A stretch of DNA of 64,000 nt from Octopus sinensis (GCF_006345805.1 NC_043026.1:5890001-5954000); one strand, 5' to 3'; positions 12,992 through 27,049 are shown, counted from the first letter of the stretch. Notes: generated by a model not told the origin, from the sequence alone. Translations and numbers: made by a program.

Positions 12992-13210
12992 ATATGTTTG
13001 TGTGTCTGTGTTTGTCCCCCTAGCATTGCTTGACAACCGATGCTGGTGTGTTTACGTCCCCGTCACTTAGCGGTTCGGCAAAAGAGACCGATAGAATAAG
13101 TGCTGGGCTTACAAAGAATAAGTCCCGGGGTCGATTTGCTCGACTAAAGGCGGTGCTCCAGCATGGCCGCAGTCAAATGACTGAAACAAGTAAAAGAGTA
13201 AAAGAGAGTG
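12780..13210 (+). mobile_element. SINE family A, full composite
   Basis: Head gtaggagtggctgtgtggtaag, microsatellite, tail ending (taaaagag)n. Confidence 0.85.
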
Positions 13211-14117
13211 TTTCAAGGTATCATCTTTATATAAATCTGATTGCTCTAACTACCATAACAATAGTTTCATGCAAAAGGTTTACGCAATTACTCAAGCTGT
13301 CCACCCGTTTGTGGCAAGCCTGGGTGCAAACAAGATGGCGGCCGAGATTTTGCATTCAAAGGGACGGAAGAAAATAAAGTAAATAAAGGGACGTAATTAT
13401 TCGGAGAATATAATGTTGGTTATCTCCCTTGCTAACCACAGATTTTTCCCTTTTTTTGATGTCTTTTATTTCGCTTTTGTATTTAGCTGCAAAATTCTTG
13501 TTGTCAGTTAATTGTATTGAAACAGATTTAGTTATATTTCGGAACGGTCATTGCGCCAATGATAAACACACACACACTGGTTAGTTTTTGTACTTCACTA
13601 TCCACAAGTGAATTTATTGAAAGGTGGGTGAAAGTTGCGAAAATAGCTGCTGTTGTTGTTGCTAAGCAACAAGACGGGTTAGGGTGGTTAGGTGATGGTG
13701 TAGGGCTTAGGGGCGGGAGACCCCAGACCTTGGGTGGGGAAAAAAAACTTTGTTCGTCTTGTTGTAGTCGAGGGATCTTCGTTGACGCCCGACACCACTG
13801 GGAGGTGGGCCTCGAAGTCGCTAGAAATGGAGATCTCCAGGTCCAAATTCTTGGACGGCTGCGAAAATAGCAGGAGTGGATGGTACCGCTCTAAGTGTGG
13901 GGACCTTGTGAGTCGGAGAGAAGGGATTGGAGAGGAGCACTTTCTTTTGGTGTTCGGGAGGATCTGAGACGGAGGTAAGGTCCTCGATTATCACTAGGGG
14001 TCCACCTGTATCCGAAGGACTACATCACTCTCATTTTTTCCTTCTTTAATTTTGTTGTTGTACACTGTGTATACATCGTTTGTTTTGTATAGCATGTAAG
14101 CTTTCTATATATATATA

Positions 14118-14525
14118 TATCTCTTTACTCTCTTTTACTTGTTTCAGTCATTTGACTGCGGCCATGCTGGAGCACCGCCTTTAGTCGAGCAGATCGACCC
14201 CGAGACTTATTCTTTTGTAAGCCCAGTACTTATTCTATCGGTCTCTTTTGCCGAACCGCTAAGGAACGGGAACGTAAACACACCAGCATCGGTTGTCAAG
14301 CAATGCTAGAACAAACACAGACACACACAAACACACACAATTACGTATATATACATATACACGATGGGCTTCTTTCAGTTTCTATCCACCAGATCCATTC
14401 GCAAGGCATTGGTCGGCCTGGGGCTATAGCAGAAGACACTTGTCCAAGATGCCACGCAGTGGGACTGAACTCGGAACCATGTGGTTGGTAAGCAAGCTAC
14501 TTGCCACACAGCCACTCCTGTGCCT
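14118..14525 (-). mobile_element. SINE family A, full composite
   Basis: Reverse complement of head, microsatellite and tail. Confidence 0.85.
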
Positions 14526-15146
14526 ATATATATCTTTTTTTTTTGTCATTCCATTATATGTAAACTCCCAGTACTTCTGTCTATCTTTGTATCCTCCTCC
14601 TCATCTTTCACCCTAGTGACAAATAAAACAAACCATCACCATCACCATCATCATTGATTTGACTCAGAATCGTTCTTATTCCTGGCAGGATTTTATGTGG
14701 GTAACCCTTAAGGATGGATGCTACTGTAGCTTGTAGCCCCCAGGAAGACACCTCTTCCAGCTGGCTATTGACACACTTTCTGTGCCCTATCAGTACTTGC
14801 AAAGGGAAGCCATCCTTCCCGTCTTCAATCTGACGTGATACACACGGACTCGAGTTTCATGTCAGATAGAAGACAGGAAGGATGGCTTCTCTTTGCAAAT
14901 ACTGATAGGGCACAGAAAGTGTCTATAGCCAGCTGGAGGAGATGTCTTCCTGGGGCTACAAGCTACAGTAAGCATCCACCCTTAAGTGGCAAATATACTT
15001 CACAATACATATATATATATATAATAAAAACTTACTTGGAGAAATAAGAAAGTGATGCGAGGCGTTCAATCATATAATAACAATTTAAAAAATAAAACAT
15101 ATGCATACATACATACCTACATCTATATGTATATATACAAGCATAT

Positions 15147-15225
<79 letters not shown>

Positions 15226-15569
15226 ATATATAATATATATATATATAATATATATATATATGAGTACAGGACACCACAAATAAACGTAGAACAGAACGAG
15301 AAACGAAAACATAAAATCAAACAAGGAAACGGACTTTTTTTAACAACGAAAAAACAGAGTACAGGACAAACAATACAAGGAATATTCCCCTTCGTCAGCT
15401 GTCCCTGGTTCAACTCAAAGCATGTTTCGAAGGTAATGTATGTATATTGGGTTGGTGCATAATTATTGCGGCTTTTTTTCAAATTTTATTCAACAAAAAC
15501 ATCTTTAAATGACGGTCTGACCGTCTGCCAAGCAAATGGGAAGCAGTAATTGAAGTAGATGGTGAATAT

Positions 15570-16770
15570 GCTCCGGAATAATCTGCAGGTCGAAAATCTG
15601 AGCTTCAATTCCAATCTCTTTGAGTCGTTTAGGTTGCATTTTGGGTTGTTGTGTCAAGTGTACCATTTACTACAGCAATAACCGTTGGTTTGGTCTTCCA
15701 AACTCTCCTCAGTTCTCTAGCTAAATCCTAATATTTCTCAATTCTTTTAATTTCTTTACTGTCAACCCTGCCATCATAGGAAATTGCAAAAATCTAGGAT
15801 CTTACACCGTTTATTTTGTCCCTTATAATAATGTTTGGTCTCCTTGCTTCAGTACTATGGTTAGCCTTTATGGCAAAGTCCCACGAGATCTTAAAATTTT
15901 CATTTTCTATCACAGCCACTAGTTCGTGTCCATACCACTTTACTGTTATTTTGAAGCCGTGGAGGCGCAATGGCCCAGTGGTTAGGGCAGCGGACTCGTG
16001 GTCATAGGATCGTGGTTTCGATTCCCAGACCGGGCGTTGTGTGTGTTTATTGAGCGAAAACACCTAATGCTCCACGAGGCTCCGGCAGGGGATGGTGGTG
16101 ATCCCTGCTGTACTCTTTCACCACAACTTTCTCTCACTCTTACTTTCTGTTTCTGTTGTACCTGTATTTCAAAGGGTCGGCCTTGTCACTCTCTGTGTCA
16201 CGCTGAATATCCCCGAGAACTACGTTAAGGGTACACGTGTCTGTGGAGTGCTCAGCCACTTGCTCGTTAATTTCACGAGCAGGCTGTTCCGTTGATTCGG
16301 ATCAACTGGAACCCTCGTCGTCGTAACCGATGGAGTACTTCCATCATTTTGAAGCCATATACTTACCTAACACCCCAATGCACTCTTTTACCAACAGTCA
16401 TGTCTGTGCTTATACTCTTTTTGTGCTAGTATGCTGCACTCATTCAAAATGTGATTAATACTCTCGTCTCCTTTCCTTCAGATTCTGCATTTGCTGTGTG
16501 ACTGAGTTTTGTCAAACTTTGTTGTGATCAGATTTCTTCTAGTGGCTTCTTCCTGACCATCTAATAATTCATGATACTGTTTCTCGTTCCAAGTTCCCAT
16601 CCATCAACCGAAACCAGTGGGTTTCACTTCCAACATTTTCAGTCGGTTGCTTGAATTGGCCATGCTGTTGCATTCCTTTGTATCTGTTTTCTCTGACGTT
16701 CTTCCTTTTCTCTTTGAATTGCCCTACCATTTTAGTCCCCTTTTTGGCTATCTCTGGCTGCCAAAGAGTA
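15570..16770 (-). mobile_element. Degenerate RLE-type (R4/Dong/NeSL-like) non-LTR retrotransposon C-terminus, split by a SINE
   Basis: Zn knuckle KCRI*RKGDESINHILNECSILAQKEYKHRHD, then ENENFKISWDF..ARRPNIII..EKY*DLARELRRVW (restriction-like endonuclease). Several stops and frameshifts. Confidence 0.85.
15959..16345 (+). mobile_element. SINE family C (tRNA-like head ggaggcgcaatggcccagtggttagggc)
   Basis: A/B boxes; 11-bp TSD attttgaagcc at 15948-15958 and 16346-16356. Confidence 0.9.
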
Positions 16771-17489
16771 TTCTTTCTTTATTCTCTACAAAATAATTTT
16801 GCAGTATCATTATTAGCATCATCATCATTATCACCTGTGAATTTAAAATAAAACAAGTCTCAGAACGCCGGTGTTTATTATTAGACTAGTAATTATTTTA
16901 TTAACCTTGAGAGGGGGGGGCGTGGATAAAATGCAACACAAGTCTCTGGTGGGAATTGATCTTGGAGCTGAGACGTTACAGAAGGAACCAGCTGTGGTCA
17001 GTCACACACACATTTCTCCAATCTCTCCGATCCATTGACCCTAACAACAACAACAACATCAACAACAAGGATGGGTTTTTTCTAACGTAGGCACGAGGCC
17101 CGCAATTCTGGAGGTGGGGGTGGGGGGAAGGGATGCGGGAAAGGATAATACAGTCAATTATATAGACCCCTCTCCCCCCCCCCCAGTGTCAGAATAAGAC
17201 GTACTTTCCCTTTGTGGACCCAAACCCCCTCCACCCCTGGAAGTATGAAAGACATGTTTCAATGTCGATGGATACGAACTTAAAACGTAGAAGTTTGTCA
17301 CTAAAATTAAGGTCTGTTGTTGTGTGCCCCCCAAGGACTCATAACACCCAGGCTTGACCCGGTTTCTATGGTATATATGAGTTATTGAGATTACTACATT
17401 CCCACCCCTGGACAGGACGCTAGTCGGTCGCAGGGTCAACTTCTTAGTTATTGCTGGTACTTACGTTGAAGCTGAGCAAAACCGGAACG

Positions 17490-18420
17490 AGAAACGAAGC
17501 GTTTCGCTCAGAAAACACAACACACCGCCCAGTCCGTGAATTGAAACCACAATCTTATGATTACAATAATCTGCCTTGGACAGAACGCTGGTTCATCACA
17601 GGGTTCATTTCCCAGCTATTGCTGGGACTCATTTACAGCTGAGTGGACTGGAGCAACATGAAATTAAATGTCTCGCTCAAGAACGCAACACACTGCCCAG
17701 ACCAAGAATTGAAACCACAATCTTATGACTACAGCTCAGTGGACTGGAGCATTAAAATAGTCCTTTGTGCATCATACTTAATGTATACATATTGCAAAGT
17801 AGGAAATTTACTGCAGTTTTCGTCTGGAGATAATTATCTTTTATGAATATGCTGTGTTTTAAAAACATGAAAATAAATCGTAGCAGACGAAAAATTGTTC
17901 AGCAGCAGAGAAGAGAACGGCTAATCCGGCAACCCAAGCCATGACCATTCCCGCAGAGAATTCCAAGGGAGTGAAGGGTTTCTGCCCAAGAACACATTGC
18001 ACTGCCTGCTACAAGAATCGAAATCATGGTCCTATGATTACAACACTCTCCGCTCAACGGGACACCGGTCCCATCACAGGGTTCATCTTCTAGTTATTTC
18101 TGGATCTCGTTTACAGCCGAGTGGACTGCAGCAAATGTGAAACCGAGTGTTTTTCGCTCGAAGACACACCGCACCGCCAAGTCCAAGAATTGAAACCGCA
18201 ATCGCATGATTACAATAGTCTCCGCTAAGCAGGACAATGGTCTGGTCACAGGATTAACGTCTCAGCTGTTACTGGACCTCGTTTACAGCCGAGTGGACTG
18301 CAGCAACATGAAATAGTGCTTTTGTTCAGAGACACAACATTCCGCCTAGCCCCAGAATTCAAACCACAATCTCACAATCCTGAATGCAACACCCCTGACC
18401 ACCGGGCCACGCGCCATCAC
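17490..18420 (-). repeat. Diverged head-to-tail multimer of SINE head+core units (family D-related)
   Basis: tttacagc(c/t)gagtggactg(c/g)agcaa and gaattgaaaccacaatc recur about five times. Confidence 0.7.
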
Positions 18421-19742
18421 TTAGCACCCCAACCAAATACTGCAAAGGGTGTTCCGGCCCAATGGGTCACCAGTGGTGCCGACCCACCAATATAAAGATA
18501 ATGGTGGTTATTCGCTGCATATTAGTGGAGGACCATAGGCATGGGAAGTGGTGGTCTTCATGCATCGCACTGCTTGTTTCATCTCAATTTAAATTCTGTC
18601 CGAGTCCTTAATGGTGAGCAAGAGGTAGAACTTTGTGAATGTGTCAGATAGAAGGTGTATATATGTATATACATATGTATATATATGTATATGTGTATGT
18701 ATAATATATATATATATATATAAACATACATACTATACATACATATATATATATATATGTATATACATATGTATATATGTACATAAATATATATATATAC
18801 ATACTATATATACATACATATATATATATGTATGTATACACATATATATGTATATAAATATATAATGTATATAAATATATATATATATATATATATGTAT
18901 ATACATATATATGCATGTATATACATATATATATATATATGTATGTATATACAAGTATATAAACGAAAGAAGGGCCCTCAACACATTTATTGAGAGTTAC
19001 GTGCATAGATCAAAAGGGGTTCAACTCAGACTCCTCCTTGGTACTCTGAGTTTCAAGTGTGTCGCTAGTCTTCGACTAGCCACATGCTTAAAACTCAGGG
19101 TACCAAGGAGTCTGGATCAGACTACTTCGATCTATATACATATATATATATGCATGTGTCTATGTGTGTATATGTATGTGTGTGTGTGTATATATATATA
19201 ATATATATATATATATTATATATATATATAATATATATATATATATACTATATATATGTACGTATGGATACATTCAGGTAAGAGTGTGTACAGCCATTTG
19301 CTACAGTATTACACCTACAGCAGTGGCAATGGAGGTCACATTAGTAGTAGAAGTAGTAGTAGTAATAGTAGTAGTACTAGCATTCTAGATACTCCCATGT
19401 AGTTGTGATAGCATCTGTAAGTGTAGTGGTAGTTGTAGTAGTAGTAGTAGTATAAAAAGTAGTATAGAGTGAAAACCGTAGCATGGGCTGTAATTGTGTT
19501 ACAATGTTGCAGTACGGCTAACGAACCTGTATTATCGTTGTTGTTGCTGTTAGAGTTATGGTGGTGGTGGTGGTGGTGGTAGTAGCGCAGTGGTGGCGGT
19601 AACAGAAGGTGGAATAACTAAGTTTCCTGCAGTGGTGGTGGTGGTAGTAGTAGTAGTAGTATTGGTGGTAGTGTTACCAGTAAACTTAATTACTAATTTT
19701 CATAGTGGCGGTGACGGTGGTGGTGGTGGTGGTTGTAGTAGT

Positions 19743-19794
<52 letters not shown>

Positions 19795-20010
19795 CTCGTA
19801 AGTGTATTGACTTTGTAGCAACAACACCGGTGACACTTAGTTTGTAGGTGGAGCAAGTCTATATAGGACCACAGGCAATCCAACCACGACCATCTCTCTT
19901 TTTATCTTTTTCTGTTTTTGTATTTTTCTTTTAAAACAATCAAGCATGGCGTTACCCTCCCATCCCCCACCGACAACACGATCCAGCATGTCTGGGACTG
20001 ATCTGAGGAA

Positions 20011-20482
20011 GATTTGGCTGCTATTTCTACCAGGTCTAGCTACCATGTAGAGGTCTCCCCTATTGGCTCATACATACATATATACATACAAAAGACAGTA
20101 CAATGTGATTTGAGGGAGATTTGGCTGCTATTTCTACCAGGTCTAGCTACCATGTAGAGGTCTCCCCTATTGGCTCATACATACATATATACATACAAAA
20201 GACAGTACAGTGTGATTTGAGGGAGATTTGGCTGCTATTTCTACCAGGTCTAGCTACCATGTAGAGGCCTCCCCTATTGGCTCATACATACATATATACA
20301 TACAAAAGACAGTACAGTGTGATTTGAGGGAGATTTGGCTGCTATTTCTACCAGGTCTAGCTACCATGTAGAGGCCTCCCCTATTGGCTCATACATACAT
20401 ATATACATACAAAAGACAGTACAGTGTGATTTGAGGGAGATTTGGCTGCTATTTCTACCAGGTCTAGCTACCATGTAGAGGT
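20011..20482. repeat. 107-bp tandem repeat, about 4.4 copies
   Basis: gatttggctg at 20011, 20118, 20225, 20332, 20439. Confidence 0.97.
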
Positions 20483-21399
20483 CAAATTGTGGTCAACCGA
20501 CCTGCTAGAAATAACAGCCAAATCTCGCATAAATCACACACAAACCATCTTTGCCAGGAAGGACACACTGAGTAAATGCAGTGCAAGTTATACTATGCCT
20601 ATACAAATTATGGTCACAACTGGAATGTTCAGTCGGGGCTGGCATGGGTGGAAGGGGTCTAAACAAGAAATAGATGGTGTGGCTCTATGGTTAAGAAACT
20701 GGGGCCAACCAATGCCTTGTGAATGAATTTGGTGGATGGAAACTATATGGAAGCCCGTCTTGTGTGTGTATCATCACTTAATGTCCGTTGTCCATGCTGG
20801 TATGGGTTACTGTAGTAGTAGTTGTAGTAGTTGTATAAAAAGTAGTATAGAGTGAAAACCGTAGCATTGGACGGTTTGACCAGGACTGGCAAGCTGGAAG
20901 GCTGCACCAGACTCCAGTCTGATTTATATATGTGTGTGTGTGTGTAAGAGCAATTTTGAGGGGAGGGGTGTCGATTACATCTCCCCCCCACTCCCCCAGT
21001 GTACAACTGGTACTTATTTAATCAACCCCGAAAGCTTCAAGAGCAAAGTTGACCTCAGCGGAATCTGAACTCGGAGCTCGGCGTTTTACCCATTAAGCTA
21101 ATGGTTCAGCCAACTTGCCACCATAACAACAACAACAATAATAATAACAATAATAATAATAATAATAATCCATCTTATTATAGGCACAAAGCCTGAAAAT
21201 TTTGCGGTGAAAAGGACTAGTCAATTAAAACAACCACCGGTGCTAGATTGGTATCTATTTTATAGACCCTAAAAGGATGAAATGTAAAGTAGACCTAGGC
21301 AGGATTTGAACCCAGAGCACAAAGCGTCAGAAACAATGCCAGTAGGCATTTCAGCCAACACAATGCATTACGAATTGATGATAAGAAGAAGAATCTACA

Positions 21400-22661
21400 A
21401 AGACATTTCTTTGATTTTTACATCTATATATAAATAACTAAAGCCACCAAATTATATTTTATCTTCTACCTTCCAGCCACGACCACCACCAGTGAGTCTC
21501 TCTAGTCTCCCTTCACTCCATCCCATCGCCCCCCCCATATTACACCTGCTGGCTACGGGACACCGTGTTCGCCTGCCATCTCTCCCTGCCCTCGCACCTA
21601 GACTCGGGATGGGGCCGTTTGGGCGCAGCTGTTTGGTCGCCGACGATTTCGGCTCGGCTCGGCTGAGCTGACTGGATCGTCGAACCGGTTTCGGTGAGGG
21701 GGAATTTTTAGCACTGGCGTGCCAACGCACGCTGACGTGTACACGCGTGCATGCGCAGCAGGTTATACACACACAGAGAAAGAGAAATTAATTGAATGAG
21801 GTTTTGAATGGCATAAACTGTGTCCTTCTCCTCAGACACAGAAAGAGAAATAAGAGGAGACAGACAGACAGACATAAAGAGAGAGAGAGAGAGAGAATAA
21901 TGACGCTTGACATAAACTCTTTCCATCTCTTCAGACAACATAATTAGAAATACGAACACACACATAAACAGACAGAGAGAAGGAGGGAGGGAGGGAGGGA
22001 AGAAGGGAGGGAATGAGAAAGACATTAGAACGTCTGATGTCAAGTAAGTCAGCATCAAACCAGCAGTGCCAATGAGGCGGCGGCAAAACAGCTGTGCCAA
22101 AACGTCCCATGTTCCAGCCATTTGACACAGCTCACATCCTCGCGTACATCGACTCGTTAAAGCGCTCCTACAACAACAACACCACTACCACCACCACCAC
22201 CACCGGTGCAACCACCTCTACCCTACAACGATCTCCTCCTCCTCCTCCTCTTTCAATCCTCCCCTCCATCACCACCAACACCACCACCTTCATCCGATTC
22301 TACAAGCTTCTTGTCGTCGACTGTCAGCCAAACAACCCAACCCCGCCCACCACCACCACCATCGTCGTCGTCGTCGCCACCACTGCTGCCACCACCAGCA
22401 CAAATTTTACCATCATCATCACCACCACCACCACCACCACCACCACCATCATCATCGACATTGTGAACGTGAACAGCAGCAGGAACAGCAGTGACATACA
22501 CGCACACACACGCACACACACACACGCACGCACTCACGCACCCTTCTGCGCAAACACAGTGCACCAATGCACGTGCGCATGCGCACACACACTCACATGC
22601 ACGCATGCATGCTTTCTCGTGCTCATACGCACATGTACACACCTTAACAGTAAGCACTCTC
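21400..22661 (-). other. Probable Smad2/3 3' UTR (end not defined)
   Basis: Directly downstream of the stop. Mix of (GT)n/(GGT)n tracts and unique GC-rich sequence. No clear AATAAA found. Confidence 0.45.
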
Positions 22662-22868
<207 letters not shown>

Positions 22869-24597
22869 TTAAACTTTTAATACATTTTGATAGTTTAAAA
22901 TAAAAAATAAAAAAATAAAATAAAAAATAAAAAATAAATAAAAAAAAAACAAAATAATAATTTAAAAAATTAATAAATAAATAAATAAATAAAATAATAA
23001 AAATAAATATATATATATATATATTGTTATATTTCGGAATGGTCATATTGCCAGTTTAGCCAATATTTAAACGTACTATATATATATATTTATAATTTAT
23101 AAGTTTAATTTATTAATTTGAATAATTTTTTTAAATTTTAACTTTAATTTAAATATTTTAATTGGATTTTTATATTTTATATTTTTTATATTTTTTTAAT
23201 TAATTTTATTTCTATGTATTGGTTTATGATTTTCACTGTTTGATTTGCCTAATAATGGTTTTATCTCTAATTTAGTATAATATATATATATATATGCGTG
23301 TGTGTGTTTGAGTGTCCGTGTTTGTCCCCCCACCATTGCTTGACAACCGATGCTGGTGTGTTTACGTCGCCGTCACTTAGCGGTTCGGCAAAAGAGACCG
23401 ATAGAATAAGTACTGGGCTTACAAAAGAATAAATCCCGGGGTCGAGTTGCTCGATTAAAGGCGGTGCTCCAGCATGGCCGCAGTCAAATGACTAAAACAA
23501 GTAAAAGAGTATAAATGGTGTTCTGGAATGGTAATTAAAACGATTACAAATCTTGGTACAAGGCCAGCAATTTCACGGGAATGGAGTTAATCTAATTACA
23601 CTGACCCCAGTGCGTAACTGGTACTCGTTTTAGCAATGCTGAAACGATGAAAGCCAAAGCTGACCTCAGCAGAATCTGAACTCAGAACGTAAAGACAGAC
23701 AAAATGCCGCTAAGCATACTGCTAGCTTTGCTGCCTTACAAAGACACACACGATGGGCTTCTTTCAGTTTCCATCTACCAAATCCCGTTTGGTCAGCCTA
23801 AGGCTATAGTAGAAGACACTTGCCCAAGGTGCCACACAGTGGGACTGAACCTGGAACCATGTGACTGGGAAGAAAGCTTCTTACCACAGAGTCATGCCTG
23901 CATCAAAGGACAGACCCAACGCTTCCTCTGCATGTCTACTAAAAGAGGTCAAGGTCTAGGTTTTCACTCCAACCTTGTAAAACCACCATCAGCAATGACC
24001 ACCCAAACAGAGATCCATAGGTTGGAGGGGAGTTGCCTGAAGGGTGCAAAATTGTCATCCAGTGTTTATGGAAGACCAGCAGCCGCCCATGCATAGCAGC
24101 CCCTCCTCTCCACACCATTATATGTACATAGGGTAACGGGTAAAGACCCCCTTTCGGTCATGAATGGCCATGGGATTGCACCTAGAAAGTTCTTCTCTGA
24201 GGCACAAGTCCAAGCAAGGTTGTTTATGGAAGACCAGCAGTCACCCATGCAGACCAGCCTCTCTCCACACCATTATATGTACATAGGGTAAAGGGTAAAG
24301 ACTCCATTCATTCATGAATGACCATGGGATTGCACCTAGAAAGTTCTCTGACGCACAAGTCTGTTTATGGAAGACCAGCAGCCGCCCATGCATACCAGCC
24401 CTTCCTCTCCACGCCACTGATGTTATCCAAGGGAGAGGAAAAGGGGCCGATACAGCTCGGCACCAGTGACGTTGCAACCCATTTCTACAGCTGAGTGAAA
24501 TAAAGGGTCTTGCTCAAGAACACGACACACAGCCCGGTCCAGGATTCGAACTCCCTACCTCAGGATTGTGAGCCTGATACCCTGACCACTGAGCCAT

Positions 24598-24981
24598 GGA
24601 AGCACTCCGTCGGTTACGACGATGAGGGTTCCTGTTGATCCGAATCAACGGAACAGCCTGCTCGTGAAATTAACGTGCAAGTGGCTGAGCACTCCACAGA
24701 CACGTGTACCCTTAATGTAGTTCTCGGGGATATTCAGCGTGACACAGAGAGTGACAAGGCCGGCCCCTTGAAATACAGGTACAACAGAAACAGGAAGTAA
24801 GAGTGAGAGAAAGTTGTGGTGAAAGAGTACAGCAGGGATCACCACCATCCCCTGCCGGAGCCTCGTGGAGCTTTTAGGTGTTTTCGCTCAATAAACACTC
24901 ACAACGCCCGGTCTGGGAATCGAAACCGCGATCCTACGACCGCGAGTCCGCTGCCCTAACCACTGGCCCATTGCGCCTCCA
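24598..24981 (-). mobile_element. SINE family C inserted into the A-box of a family D SINE
   Basis: TSD cactgagccat at 24587-24597 and 24982-24992. Confidence 0.9.
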
Positions 24982-25141
24982 CACTGAGCCATACGCCTTC
25001 ATAAAAACATAAGACAAATACAAGATAAAGAAGGGAAGGACTTATCAGTTGGTCCCTTGAGGAGGAGGGGGAGGAGGGGGAAAATAAAAGGGACAAAAAC
25101 TGAAAAGAAAAGAAGGGGGTTAAGGAATGGAAGCAGACTCA

Positions 25142-25627
<486 letters not shown>

Positions 25628-26285
25628 TCATCCAAACATGGTCAATGCCAGGGTTACCTGACTGGCTCCTGTGGCAGTGGCACGTAAAAAGCATCCACTA
25701 CACTCTCGGAGTGGCTGGCATCAGGAAGGGCATCCGGCTGCAGAAACATTGCCAGATCAGATTGGAGCCTGGTGCAGCCTCCTGGCTCTCCAGACCCCAG
25801 TCGACCCGTCCAACCCATGCCGGCATGGAAAACAGATGTTAAACGATGATGATGATGATATATATGAGTGGCAGAAACGTTAGCACGCCGGGCGAAATGC
25901 GTAGCCGTATTTCGTCTGCCATTACGTTCTGAGTTCAAATTCTGCCGAGGTCGACTTTGCCTTTCATCCCTTTCGGGGTCGATAAATTAAGTACCAGTTA
26001 CGCACTGGGGTCGATGTAATCGACTTAATCCGTTTGTCTGTCCTTGTTTGTCTCCTCTGTGTTTAGCCCCTTGTGGGTAGTAAAGAAATAGGTATTTCAC
26101 CCCTCACTACATTCTGGGTTCAAATCCTGCCGATGTCGATTTTTGCCTTTCATCCTTTTGGAGGTCGATAAATTAAGTACCAGTTACGCACTGGGGTCAA
26201 TGTAATCGACTTAATCTATTTGTCAGTCCATGTTTGTCCCCTCTGTGTTTAGCCCCTTGTGGGTAGTAAAGAAATAGATACATAT

Positions 26286-26322
<37 letters not shown>

Positions 26323-26463
26323 TCCCCACCACCACAACCACCACTTGACAAACCAGTGTTGGTGTGTTTACATCCCCATAACTTAGCAGTTTAGCAGAAG
26401 ACACTGATAGAACAAGTATCCGGCTTAAAAACGAAAATATAAGTCCTGGGGTCGATTCATTCA

Positions 26464-26727
<264 letters not shown>

Positions 26728-27049
26728 TTATATGTAACAAGCATGTAAGCCCGGTTTCACCCGGTCTGTTTGGATGATGTGGCTGAGATCGTTTTTGGTT
26801 TGGCATAATCTATAACAGCATTTGTCAACCTTATCATTTTGGGTCCCCTGTTTCGATTGGAGCCTCCAGCTATGTGAAAATTTCCTAACTCCCATCCCGT
26901 CAGAAAACAGCTTCTAAGCAACTGATTGTTTTAATGGCAGAAGAAAGAGGGAAATTCCATTAGAAAGAGTTCTAATCGATTTTCTCGGTAAGTATGGGGG
27001 TCAGGGAAAAATACAAACTGCATTCCAATCTGTGCCCCCGTCTCCACGT

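Noticed and set aside
13030-13377. Recurrent MTTDAGVFTSP...KAVLQHGRSQMTETSK ORFs and MPKVPRSGTEPGTMWLVSKLLTTQP ORFs
   Set aside because: They are chance translations of SINE family A monomers.
15959-16035. tRNA genes suggested by A/B-box heads (also 3798, 10588, 53698, 63540)
   Set aside because: There is no complete acceptor stem. The heads run into SINE bodies, some with TSDs.
20011-20482. Possible CRISPR-like array or Smad-binding-element cluster
   Set aside because: The units are identical end to end with no unique spacers. GTCT is a 4-mer expected by chance, and the full GTCTAGAC palindrome is absent.
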